Positions 27,843 to 39,800 of a stretch of 64,000 nucleotides of DNA are shown in pieces. The position numbers and the translations under genes are program-made. Under the pieces are notes generated by a model. The model searched no databases. It was given only the letters and a program-made list of their open reading frames with translations, and had not been told where the DNA came from. Numbering within the stretch: the stretch's first letter is position 1; each line of letters starts with the position of its first letter. This DNA is from Octopus vulgaris (Eukaryota): NCBI GenBank assembly GCA_951406725.2, contig OX597820.1, positions 90,024,001-90,088,000 on the forward strand. The letters run 5' to 3'.

Positions 27843-27992
27843 TATATACATATATCTATATATGTATGAATACATACATACCCACCCACACACACATACA
27901 TATATGTATTCAAAGATTGCTATAATTATCTTTCAAATCTTGATATTAATCAAGATGAATAATTAAAAGCACTATTCATTTCGAAAATCGAT

Positions 27993-28606
27993 TATTAATT
28001 GGGTGTTTTCGGAAAGTTGTGTGCTTAAGATGAATATAGAATTTATTACGTGCGTTTTAAGAATTATCACCATTATAACATTTATAGCGTTTTTGCTTCT
28101 CATTAAACTTCCTCCAAATTCAAATAGAATTTCATAGAAGGAGTCACATTTTAAATAGTCCTTGAATATTTAGAAAAGCAATGACGCTAGGCATATGGTT
28201 GATTGTCTTAAGAATAATAATCAATTCTGGGTACAGTTTTTTTAAGCTAGGTGTAAACGATATTATTCTAAAACTTTAATCAATGTAATTGGCATTTATT
28301 AATTGAGTGTTTTCCGAAAGTTGTGTGTGTGTTTAAGTTGAATGTAGAATTTATTACGTGCGTTTAAGAATTATTACCATTATAAGATTTATAGCGTTTT
28401 TGCTTCTCGTTAAACTTCCTCCAAATTCAAACAGAAGTTCGTAGAATGAGCCACATTTTAGATAGTCTTTGAATATTTGGAAAAGCAATGATGCTAGCCA
28501 TATGGTCGATTGTCTCAAGAATAATCATTAATTGTGGGTACATATTTTTTTTAAAGCTAGGTGCAAACTATGTTATTCTAAAACTTTAATCAACGTAATT
28601 GTCATT
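27993..28606. repeat. Tandem duplication of a unit of about 304 bp (2 copies, diverged)
   Basis: tattaattgggtgttttcggaaagttgtgtg.. at 27993 recurs as tattaattgagtgttttccgaaagttgtgtg.. at 28297, collinear through to ..aaaactttaatcaa(t/c)gtaattg. Confidence 0.93.
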
Positions 28607-28729
28607 CATGTTGGTGCTCGGATACAAATATACACATTTTTGAAAGAAAAGAGCAGCAATCCATTCATAAAAATTTTAGTTGTAGATTCTTGTGGCTCCT
28701 GTCTTTCAATAGATATTTGCTTATGTTTG

Positions 28730-28795
<66 letters not shown>

Positions 28796-29032
28796 TGTCG
28801 AGCAGAATATTATATTTGATATATGTCAAAAATATTCGCTAGGCACATCTCTTAAGATTTGATAGAATCAGTACAACACCACGGATTACGTCTTTCACAA
28901 CCTTACACCAACACTTCTATGTTCCTGGTTTGGTGAGCTATTCGCTTCGTTGATGTGTATAAAAATATGAGCGGTGTTTATCAATAATACGGTTCTATAT
29001 TTAATAGATGAGGAATTATGTACTTTACTTAT

Positions 29033-29519
29033 ATTATTTACATTATTTACAGCTGACGGATATTTATCCTCATCTTGTTCGTTGTTAACCCTCGCTCTTA
29101 ACCCTAAGATTCCGAGTTCAATTCCAGACACTGACCTGAATAATAATAATAATAATAATAATTTTTTTTCTTTTTTTACTTTTTTTTAAAATTTATGTAT
29201 TAGACATTCACTAGTACAACACACAAAAAAAAACAAATATATGGCACACTAGGCGTAACAACAACGTGTACTTCCAACTTGTTGTTTCTTGAGGTCTCTG
29301 GGTGAGACTTGGAGCCAACTTGTACAGATATAAAGCAAAAGTCAAACATAGAATAATAATAATAATAATAATGACAACAACATCGAAAGATACCTTATGA
29401 ATGAGAACCCAGGTTCGAAATTTCCCCAAGACACCTAATGAAGGCTGGAGGGTATATCAGCCGAAACATTGTATTAACAAACAAGATGAGAACAAATATG
29501 CGTAAATAATGTAAATAAT
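29033..29519 (+). mobile_element. Non-autonomous element with inverted termini of about 50 bp and a decayed hammerhead (Penelope-tail-like)
   Basis: attatttacattatttac..tatttatcctcatcttgttcgttgttaac (29033-29089) is inverted at 29474-29519. HHR-like acac-CTAATGA-a-ggctg..cagcc-GAAA-ca-TT-gtat at 29431-29474. Confidence 0.7.
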
Positions 29520-29593
29520 TTATCAATAAATCTAATGTATTCTATAGTTACGACTATCAAGACCATCACCACTACCACCACATTTCTTCTTCA

Positions 29594-29673
<80 letters not shown>
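29594..29673. repeat. (CTA)n microsatellite
   Basis: Direct. Confidence 0.95.
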
Positions 29674-29677
<4 letters not shown>

Positions 29678-29689
29678 GCTGTTTGCTAT

Positions 29690-30080
29690 GGACACAAAGT
29701 CTGAAATTTGGCGGGAGGGAACTAGTCGATGTGATTGACTTAAGTGTTTCACTAGTGCATAATTTACCGCCCCCTCGAGGATGAAACGCAAAGTTGACCT
29801 CAGTGGAATTTGAAATCAGTACGTTAAGTGGGATGACATACCGTGAAACTTTGTGCTAGGCGTGCTAACGATTCTGCAAACTCACCTCCATACACTGATA
29901 ATAATAATCATTCCTACTATAGCCAAAAGGCCTGTTTTTTTGTGGGGAGGACTAGTCGATTACATCGACCCCAGTGTTTCATTGGTACTTATATTATCGC
30001 CCCCCTAACAATGAAAGGCAAAGTCGACCTCGGCATAATTTGAACTGAAAACATAGCAACAGACGAAATACCTATTTCTT
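29690..30080 (-). mobile_element. Two adjacent SINE family B copies (29690-29890, 29920-30080)
   Basis: ggggaggactagtcgattacatcgacccc..aaaggcaaagtcgacctcggc, the reverse of 44905-45121. Confidence 0.8.
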
Positions 30081-30103
30081 TACTACCTATTTCTTTACTA
30101 ATG

Positions 30104-30179
<76 letters not shown>

Positions 30180-30184
30180 TAATA

Positions 30185-30700
30185 AACTGATTGGAAGTGT
30201 TATAATGTACATTGCTTTGTCTTGGTCTAAAAGAAGGGTTACAGCAAATATTCTGCTCAAAATCACAGATTTGCTTGTCAGTTATTTGACCTTAACCGGT
30301 TGAGCATGTTCGTTAGTGGCTGACGATATGTGCATCTCTAATCACAAGCAGAAGTAGTGGGGGAGCATCATAGCCGTCTGTTTAAATGAATTATTGGAGG
30401 TTTGGAAACATGGGTGTTTCGTTCAAGATCCTTAAACAATCCTTATTCAGGGACCATTTAAGTGAGATGGGCCACTCGACTTGAAAATTCTAACTGGGCC
30501 CCACCTGCAAGGTCATGCGCTGTTTATCTTGATATGAGATCACTATGTCGCGCACATATGGTTGTGATGCATGTACCTGGTGTACACGTATCAGGCGGGT
30601 AGTCATGATGGGTATCATGGGCTTCGTATATTTTACCCCAGTGTCACTTTGATTGCATACACTGCTCTCTCACTCAATAATAATAATAATAATAATAATA
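30185..30700 (+). mobile_element. Probable LINE/SINE 3' segment ending in an (AAT)n tail, embedded in (AAT)n
   Basis: GC-richer 490-bp block ending ..ctctctcactc(aat)n, with (AAT)n on both sides. Family not determined. Confidence 0.55.
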
Positions 30701-30883
30701 ACTTGCAGCTTTATAATACAAAAACTTAGAGCTTCCGAGAATATTAAAATTAAGCCGACACCGGCGGGATTTGAACTTAGAGTATAGGACACAGGACGAA
30801 ATAGCGATAGACTTCTCATACTTTGCACTAACGCCGTATGACATTATATAGAGCGCAGCTTAAATTTCTCCGTATGATTGTAG

Positions 30884-31075
30884 ATGGCGAAGTGTCAGAA
30901 TCGTTAGTGAGTCTGAGAAAATGCATCGCTGCATTTCATCCGATATTTCTTTCTGAGTTCAAATTAATCTGAGGTTTAATTATTCCTTTTATCCTTTTGC
31001 TGTCGAGGAAATAGATACCACTGGGGTCGTTGAATTCGACTAAATCTACTATAGACTTGCGCCAATAGTAGAAAA
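30884..31075 (+). mobile_element. SINE family B, decayed
   Basis: tggcgaagtgtcagaatcgttag..gagttcaaatt..tcctttt..gtcga..ctggggtcg. Confidence 0.65.
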
Positions 31076-31454
31076 GATAATTTAATATACTTTAAGTGTG
31101 AAGCATAAAATATTTGGATAGGTTGGTGAAAAGATACTCCCCAAAATTTATCAGTTTGTTTGATTAATATTTTCTGTGTTATTCTAATATCTCTCTGTGT
31201 TATTGTAATGTTCTCTCACTAGAAATAATAAATTAGACACCTAATTTTTGCGTTACGTACAAAAATTTATAACTTCATGATAACTTATGTGTTTTGTCTC
31301 AATACTTTCTTGTAGTACAGAATATATTTATCGATTTTTAGCAAATATTCTATGTATAAGCACATGTAAACAGCTGCTCTTTATATTTATCATCCCTGTA
31401 GACAAGAGACGTTTGCCCACTACGTTCAGCAACCAAAAGTTAGATCTATCTGAT

Positions 31455-31463
31455 AATAATAGT

Positions 31464-31521
<58 letters not shown>

Positions 31522-32450
31522 TCTTTTTATTGGCCACAAGGGCTGACAAATATGATTGGAAAACATAAAGGGACAGAACAGGGCGAAAGGTTACAAAAGG
31601 TTTTGTCCGTTTGTGAAAAAACAACCGTGTAAAAAGCAGTTTAACAATCAAAAATTTTAACAACGAAAAACTCCCAATAGAGGAGTCGCTTCGAAAAAAG
31701 AAAAGGTCTCACGTGGAAAAACCCATAAAAGCCACGGGACCCTGGTCAAAAGGGGGGTAAAGAGCCCCTTTCTCCTTTCACAATACCTTTTTCAATTACA
31801 GGCGAAACCTCAGAATTATTCCATTTATACTGGCCATTCTTGCACAATTCACCCACCTTTCAGAAATCTTGCTATCAGACAGCACTCTCCTCTCTAACCT
31901 CATCTTCCTTTTCAAGTGAAACTTAAAAAAGTTGATGAGGCCTTGACCAAAGAGGAAAGTGTCTGAGTTTAGCCCTTTCAAACGGGTCCACCATACAACC
32001 TCTTTCGCCACAGCCACTAGGCAGAGGAAAACGGTCTTTCCTTCTTTGTTAAAGGAGGTCGGCGGGGCAATCTTCAATATGGATTTAGCTGATAGCCGGA
32101 TCCGTCCTATACGTGACAGTAGCTGTTCGATATAAACCCATAGTTCGGCAATACTCGGGCACTGGACGAGTGCGTGCAGAACGATTTCGTAGTCCTGGCA
32201 ACACCTCGGTCAGGCCCGGCTGACGGCACTTCCGTGCCGGTAGAGTTTATCTCGAACAGGCAGAGCTCCTCGGTAGCACTGCCAGGCGAGGGACCTTTGG
32301 AAATTATCTATTGACCCAGGCCCGAAAGTCCTTCCAAACAGACTGCTCAGTTCGTTATCATCAACGCCTAAAGTTTCCCCGAGAACATCGTCGCATTTTT
32401 TCCTCCACTAACTCTCTATAGAACGCTAGAGTGGAAGTACTACCGATTGC
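31455..32450 (-). mobile_element. 5'-truncated Tx1/L1-clade LINE (ORF2 C-terminus, 3' UTR, (TTA)n tail)
   Basis: LAWQCYRGALPVRDKL..*PRCCQDYEIVLHALVQCP (zf-RVT CCHC)..AKEVVWWTR..ERW. AATAAA directly precedes the (TTA)n tail at 31455-31518. Confidence 0.9.
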
Positions 32451-32454
32451 AGCA

Positions 32455-33400
32455 ATAAAATCTTGTTTTCGATCTTTGAGGACAACCCCAACAGAATTAA
32501 ATTTTTGTCTAATAATTCTAAGATCAAGAATTCTATATACCAGTGTAAAATTTCTTCCGGTACCAATGTCTACTTCTACATAGGCGCGTCTACTTCCCAG
32601 GTATCCAAGAGAATTTCAAATCCTTATTCATCATTTAGGGATAGCAAAAACGCCATAGTACAGGGCTAAATTGGTTTGGCATCTTAAAGACAGCGATAAA
32701 GATTTTAAGTTAGATTGGTTCATACTGTCCGTATCCTTCCCTTTCGATAAGGGCAAGAGATTTTGTAACATTTGCAACTCTGAACTCTTCCATATTCTCT
32801 TCTCTAAGAATCCCCTTGTAGAGCGATCGTACACATGTAAGCACTGGCAGAAACATGCAGTTTACTCATATAAGTGATTTCGCCAGTCTTTATCGTTTGA
32901 ACAGTTAGTTTAACTTGCACTTTACTTCAATACAGAAGTCGATTTCTAAGCCTTTGAACATTTTTTAAATCAACGTATCCCTCTCTATTTGTTCTCTACT
33001 TATTATTCCTTTAACCCTTCTCTTCCTACTATCTGCCATGGCGTCAAATCACCTATCGTTTTTCTTTTTAAATACTTAATAACGTTCTGTTTATTATGTA
33101 GGCAATCATCGTAATTGTTATAATGTTGAGAGAGGCTCTGTTTCTTTCCTGATGAGAAGATTGCATTTTACACCGTTTATTCCTTTGGAATATAATCATG
33201 TTGTCTTCAAAACATGTCAAGTGTAAAAGAATTTTATTAACATCTTCGTTCAACTCCATTGATTTATTTAGTCAAACCAAATGATGATAGTTTGAAAGCA
33301 TTTAATACGTATGTTTCATATCATTACATAATTGACAAGAGGTAATTCATCACTTACACCAAACTTTCCTCAGTTAATAATTTTGATTATTGTACTTATA
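32455..33400 (+). mobile_element. Penelope-like element 3' relic (GIY-YIG + hammerhead tail)
   Basis: NSIYQCKI..FYIGAST..KRISN..SSF then VWHLKD..W.IL..CNICNSE (typical PLE endonuclease C-terminus). HHR follows at 33145. Confidence 0.85.
33145..33222 (+). ncRNA. Hammerhead motif with G12>A lesion
   Basis: tttc-CTGATGA(33149)-gaaga..tcttc-AAAA-catg-TC-aag. Related to 24164-24248. Confidence 0.7.
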
Positions 33401-33529
33401 CAAATCAATGCTAATATATAATAACCAATCCCAAACAATTACGTGGATTCTCTTACACGGATTTGGAATACTTCTTTCTATTTGACAAGAATCGAAATTT
33501 CTGGCAACATGCATTTCTTCGAAGCATGT

Positions 33530-33612
33530 GTATACATATATACACAAATTGTATATATGTATGTACATAAATACATATATATATACATATATATAAATAT
33601 ATATATATATAC

Positions 33613-33648
<36 letters not shown>

Positions 33649-33664
33649 TATATATATATATGTG

Positions 33665-33758
<94 letters not shown>

Positions 33759-33765
33759 ATATATA
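33530..33765. repeat. (TA)n-rich microsatellite
   Basis: Direct. Confidence 0.93.
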
Positions 33766-34389
33766 AGCCTAGTTTGGTATGTTATGTAGCATTCTAGAGC
33801 AATGCAACAACATTTAAACTTACTTTCTATTTAACGTTTGCTCACGTGATATTTATAAAATTCTCCTTCTGACTTATATTTGCCGAAAACTTGCCTGCTT
33901 CTCGAAGACAACCGATTTTATTTAAATCACAAATGACAAGGTCCACCTACTTCTAAATACCATCAGTAGCATAAGTTACTATTGTAAGCAGCTGAAATAT
34001 ATAATTGTTATGTCTTTAGCTTGAAGAGCTGAATTCTGAAAACCTGAATCAGTCTACTACTCTATCAAACTTTTGTAGATGCATAACATAAAGAAGACAA
34101 ATCTTTCAAGTGGCGATTCTACAATCTCATATCTTAGAGGTCTAAAGTTTCACCATCATTACTTATAACCTTTAATCTTAGAACTGCTGAAAAATCTAAA
34201 GATGATGTCATCATGCAGAACTATAATTACGTTAATAATGGTATAGGTTTCAGTAACCAGGTTGTTGCAGAAATGGCATATATATCACCTTTATCCAACT
34301 AGTTAATTTACGTAAAATTTGCCTAGTGTTTTCATATATTTTTCTTCTCGTTATATAATTTTTTCATCTGTTCACCCACTCATAAAAAA

Positions 34390-34401
34390 CTCTCTACTCT
34401 C

Positions 34402-34441
<40 letters not shown>

Positions 34442-34460
34442 ACACACACACACACACACA

Positions 34461-34518
<58 letters not shown>

Positions 34519-34786
34519 TGTATATATATGTATATATATATATATATATGATAATCATGATAGTTGAAAAGATGATGTTTGACTTTCTCACATTTACTGT
34601 CTCTCTTCTTCATTCTTCATTCTCTGACTTCATATGTCTATGTATGTATGTATGTATGTATGTATGTATGTATGTATGTATGTATGTATGTATGTATGTA
34701 TGTATGCATGTATGTATGTATGTATGTATGTATGTATGTATGTATGTATGTATGTGTGTATGTATGTATATATATATATGTGTGTA

Positions 34787-34819
<33 letters not shown>

Positions 34820-35163
34820 ATGTGTGAGAAAAGAAAGGAGAGCGAAAAGGAATAAGTTAGTGGGAAAACACCGAGAAAGAGAGAGAGAGAGAGAGAGTGA
34901 AAGAGAAAAGTAAAAGGAGAAAAGAGAGAGGCATCGACTTGATTATGATAAAGGGAGTAAAATTGATAAAAATCCAAGTTAGAAAACTAGAAGTCGATAG
35001 GGTAAACAACCGTAAGGAGAGGGAAAGTGCAGTTGATGACAAGAAAGGGAGAGAGAGAGAGAAACAAAGAGAAAGAGAAGGATACAGAGACAGAGAGAGA
35101 GAATGTAAGAAAGAAAGAGAGAGTGAGATATATATATATATAGAGAGAGATAGATAGAGATAG

Positions 35164-35206
<43 letters not shown>

Positions 35207-35210
35207 ACAA
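34390..35210. repeat. Cluster of (TC), (CA), (TA), (TATG), (GA), (GATA) microsatellites and purine-rich low-complexity DNA
   Basis: Direct. Confidence 0.9.
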
Positions 35211-35864
35211 TGTGAAAGGTAAATGAGAATGAAGGTATTGATAACAATAAGAAACTTGCGGGTGAACTAGCGAGTGATATAAATAACAAGAGCAAAGCGG
35301 ATGAGAGAGATAGTTTGACGAGTGAAGAATTCGTACACAGAGAACAAAGAGATTATGCAAGAGTTGAGTGTGTTAGAAGATATAGAGACAAGACGAGATT
35401 ATGTAGATAAGCAAGATATGATATGAGAAAGGCGAGAGATGACGTGGATGAGAAGAGAAGAGTGAAAGAAGCATAATTTCAAGAGTCTACGTGATAACCA
35501 ATGCGCAGATTTTAATATAGTCCGATATGAATGCCTCCAACACGTTAGGAATCACTATATAGCGACAACATGGTTCTCGGTTACGTCCCTTTGCGTGGCC
35601 ACTGGGTTAATCCGTAGTCTTTGAATAGTTCTGTAGACTTTGAACAGAATCTGTGGTTGGTAACACTTGAAAGACCCTTTGTGTATGAATGTGTGTGCTG
35701 TATACATACATATAATACATGCATGCATACAACATACATACATACATATATATATATGTGTATATATATATATATGTATGTATGTATGTATATATATATA
35801 TATATATATATACTTGTCTGCTTACTGTGGCATAGCATAGTTTGAGTGTAATATTGTATAAGTA

Positions 35865-35995
35865 TTCTTTTCTACTCTAGGCACAAAGCCCGACATTTTG
35901 GGGGCGGGAGCCAGTGGATTAAATCGAACTCAGCACGCAACTGGCACTTAATCTATCGACCCCGAAAGGCTGAAAGGCAAAGTCGACCTCGGCAG
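35865..35995 (-). mobile_element. SINE family B 3' fragment
   Basis: atcgaccccgaaaggctgaaaggcaaagtcgacctcggc. Confidence 0.8.
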
Positions 35996-36367
35996 AGTAT
36001 TCTATAAGTATTATATAAGTATTTTGTTATCATTGTTCAAAGCCACTACTCTACATATTCAAATATGGAAGTGAATACAGAAAGTGAGAGGGATGAAAAA
36101 ACAGTTTATACTTTTAATATCTATTTCTATATTTTCTCTTTTTTAATTTAGTGTCCATTTTAACCGGTCTCCTATTTAGTTTGTGAAGGAAAGCTTCTTG
36201 TTTTAACCGTCATTCTTTAAAACTTAAGAAGGTCTTCCATCTTTTTATACTCGCATATATCGTAGTCATATCAGGTGTATGAATTAAAAACTTGCGTTAT
36301 CTTCCAAAAACACATGTTCAGCCATACTTTGCGCTAGACCGGATGGTGTCTATCCTGTTGCTTCAAA

Positions 36368-36441
<74 letters not shown>

Positions 36442-36506
36442 CGACGACGACGACGACGACGATGACGATGACGATGACGATAATGATGATAATGATGATG
36501 ATGATG
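36368..36506. repeat. (AAT)/(GAT)/(GAC) compound microsatellite
   Basis: Direct. Confidence 0.95.
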
Positions 36507-37140
36507 AATATTTGTTTTGGGTACTGAATTTTCAAACACCTTATTAATGGTCCGTAGATGTCCTCTTTCCATTAGTGTCCTGAAAGCAGCTGCTTTCCGG
36601 AACAAAGCATATAATTTTGTTGTGGTCCTGTGCAACAATATCTCATCAGTTGTGTTTTAAAATGGTGGCTTTTTAAAATTTCTAATGTCCATCAATATTC
36701 TTTTGATCCATTAATCTCAATATAGTGAACTTCGTCTGTAGGTGTTTTCTTCTCTGTTATCCACTTCCAGACCGTATTATGCCACATGGGAAGACAATAT
36801 CTGGAAAACGTTTTCTCACATTTGACGATATCGTGGTGAATGGCTTCAGTCTTGGACTTGCATAGCCTACATATCTAGTCTGTCAACTTATTCTGCTTCT
36901 TATGATGTAAGTACTTCATGGGAATTTCTAGTTATCGAATTACATGGAAATTGCCTTCAAAGAGGAATATTATAAACTTTTCACTCCATCAATCCCTTCT
37001 ATGGTTCATGTTTTTCCTGCCAAGTATCCATGTACTATCTTCTCATTGAACTGATCCATTTATTCATTATCTATTATTGCTTGTTTACACTTTTTCGAGA
37101 TCAGTGACTTTTCGTCACTGGAAAAAGAATATATGTATTT

Positions 37141-39105
37141 GCATTGGGACCCCTGCGATTCGAAGACCGGTGATTGTTGCTCAGCGAGTGAGGCTAGCTA
37201 CCCTAGATCTTTGTTGTTTTTTCTGAGAAACTGCTCGAAAGTTCGTGCGAAGCCGACGCCTGTCGGTGAAAGAAGAAATTGGAAATGAAGAGCTACGCTG
37301 AAGTGACAGCGGAAGACCGGGAAAAAGAGAAATTAAGAAAGCTAACACTGGAGTCGTTGAATTGGGACCCTGAAAAGATGAAGGGATACTTAAGCAAAGT
37401 GGAACTAGAAGCAACGAATGTGAAGCTTGTAATGCCGGAGGAGAAAAAGAAAATGTTAAGGGATTTAACAAGAGTATACAGAACATTCTCTAACGAATCC
37501 AGGAGGATTGAAATAGCACCTGAATTTCAAATGGAAACAATGGTATCGTGCTGTATGGATAGAGTGGTTTTCATAAATAGAGGAAGCCAATACGGCATGA
37601 TACATATTACATTTGAAAATGTGGAGGCGGCAAAGAAGAATGACCAAGTGATAGAAGGAAATAGGTGGACTCTCATTCCCGACAAACCAGGAAAAAATTG
37701 GTGAAAATTAGAGTTGGAAGAATCCCACCCATAATAGAGCCCGAATGGGTAATGGTGGGAATCTTCGGAGAGAACTTGAAGAAAGGAAGTACAAAGTTAA
37801 ACGTTCTAACAGTGAGTAAATCACAATGTTTGAATTTTTTGAGTTATGAAATTGAAGCAGTTTGCGCTATAACCGAAGAATACTATCAGGAAATACCGGA
37901 AACGGTAGAATTACCGACCGGTGAAAAGTTGGATATTGTGCTACAGGGAAGACCCCCAAAATGCTACTTGTGTGGCATAAGGGGGCATATGCGAAGGAAA
38001 TGCCCGAATACAGAAGTAGAGAAAAGGTTGGAAACAACAGTGGAAGAAAAAACAGCCGATGAAGGGAAGATGGAGAACAATAATAGAACGAATATGGTGA
38101 AGTGAAGATGGAGAACAATAATAGAACGAATATGGTGAAGTGAAGGAAGAGAATACGTAAAAAGTCACCAGCTTTGGAAGAAGCAAAAAAGAGTAAAGCA
38201 GCGGCAGAGAATATAACTCGTCAGAACGGTAACACCGATGAGCCAACTATGGAAGGGATAGAGAGAGCGATGGAATTGCAAAACGAAGACGAATCAGAGC
38301 GAGAAAATTTAGAGTTGTGTAAGCTAAAAGATAAAGAACAGATGGAAGAGACGTATTTGAAAAAGTCACCAACTTTGGAAGAAACGGAAAAAAGTAGTGG
38401 AATGGCAGAGATTGTAACATACCAGGACGTTAACACTGAAAGAATATATATAGAAGATATATGGAGAGCGATGAACCTGCAAAGCGAAGAAGAAATATGG
38501 CAGTTGTTTAAGCTCAAAGAAAAAGAACAGATGGAAGAGAAGTATTTGCAGTCGGGAGAAATTTCAGATACACAAACGGAGAAGAGAAACACAAGGAAAG
38601 AAAAAGAACGAGAGGAAAAAGAAATGTAACAATAATAAATGTGGAAAAAAACGTAGACGGTAAGTTAATTACGAGTGAAACACAACTAATTGTTTTAAAA
38701 AAATGAATGGAACTGCAAATGAACTGAGAATTGAACTTGTGTTATTTGTCTGTGAAATTTAATACATATATGAAAAAAAAAGGAAGATGTAAAATTTGAA
38801 AAAAAGATAAAATTGTGCCTATAATAATGAGAAACCGGTGATTGTCGTGCATTGACGACGGATAAATACCCAGAAGCCCAGGTCCGTAAGTATCACGTCA
38901 GGTCGACGATGGGGAGGATGGCTTCCCTTTGCAAATACTGATAGGGCACAGAAAGTATGTCCATAGCCAGCTAGAGAAGATGTTCACCTGGGGCTACAAG
39001 CTACAATAGCATCCACCCTTCGTGGTTAGCCACATTTAAGTGGCAATTATAATTCACATTATCGTGCAGCTACTGTTCATACCTCCTTCAGAGATTTATT
39101 ATTGC
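37141..39105 (+). mobile_element. ORF1-only non-autonomous retroelement (HAL1-like architecture), about 2 kb, ending in (TA)n
   Basis: Short GC-richer leader, disrupted gag-like ORF, then a 3' UTR of about 480 bp ending gatttattattgc(TA)n. No RT or endonuclease between the ORF and the tail. 5' boundary approximate. Confidence 0.72.
37285..38629 (+). pseudogene. LINE ORF1/gag-like protein (RRM-like region, CCHC zinc knuckle, acidic repeat tail), two frameshifts
   Basis: MKSYAEV start; IHITFENVEAAKK; VKIRVGRIPP; QGRPPKCYLCGIRGHMRRKCP (CX2CX4HX4C). Frameshift near 37690 and a 38-bp tandem duplication near 38067-38142. Two repeats of about 63-67 aa (KKSP.LEE..RAM.LQ.E..KLK.KEQMEE.YL). Confidence 0.8.
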
Positions 39106-39150
39106 TATATATATATATATATAGCAATAATAAATATATAGCAATAATAA

Positions 39151-39193
<43 letters not shown>

Positions 39194-39194
<1 letters not shown>

Positions 39195-39569
39195 CAATAA
39201 TAAATCTCTGAACGAGGTATGAACAGTAGCTGCACGACAATGTGAATTATAATTGCCACTTAAATGTGGCTAACCACGAAGGGTGGATGCTATTGTAGCT
39301 TGTAGCCCCAGGTGAACATCTTCTCTAGCTGGCTATGGACATACTTTCTGTGCCCTATCAGTATTTGCAAAGGGAAGCCATCCTCCCCATCGTCGACCTG
39401 ACGTGATACGTACGGACCTGGGCTTCTGGGTATTTACCTGTCGACAGTGCACGACAATCACCGGTTTCTCTTTAGTATAGGCACAATTTTATCTTTTTTT
39501 CAAATGTTACATTTTCCTTTTTTTTCATATATGTATTAAATTTCACAAACAGATCACACAAGTTCAATT
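39194..39569 (-). mobile_element. Second, 5'-truncated (376 bp) copy of the ORF1-only element, tail-to-tail with the first
   Basis: Reverse complement of 38729-39105 with scattered substitutions. (TA)n on both sides. Confidence 0.92.
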
Positions 39570-39585
39570 ATATATATATATATAT

Positions 39586-39800
39586 TCTAAATGTGACAGC
39601 GTTTGTACCGTTGGCGATTTTTTTCCTCTGTCTTCTCTTCTCTGGATCTTTCCTTCTCCTATGTTTCCGACGAAGAGCTCCGCTCAAAACGTTAAACCCT
39701 CCTTCTTTCCTTCCTTCCTGAGCGTCCAATAATACTATAATTGTTCCACGTCCTTGCGTTGTTGTGTTTTCTCTTTGTGTTTTCATGTTTGTATTAACTT
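39586..39800 (+). mobile_element. Penelope-type tail fragment with mini-hammerhead, between (TA)n tracts
   Basis: gttt-CCGACGA-a-gagc(tcc)gctc-AAAA-cg-TT-aaac at 39663-39697. Same layout as 18913-18950. Confidence 0.65.

Noticed and set aside
36540-37080. Possible decayed Tx1-like 3' end on the minus strand
   Set aside because: No motif could be read with confidence.
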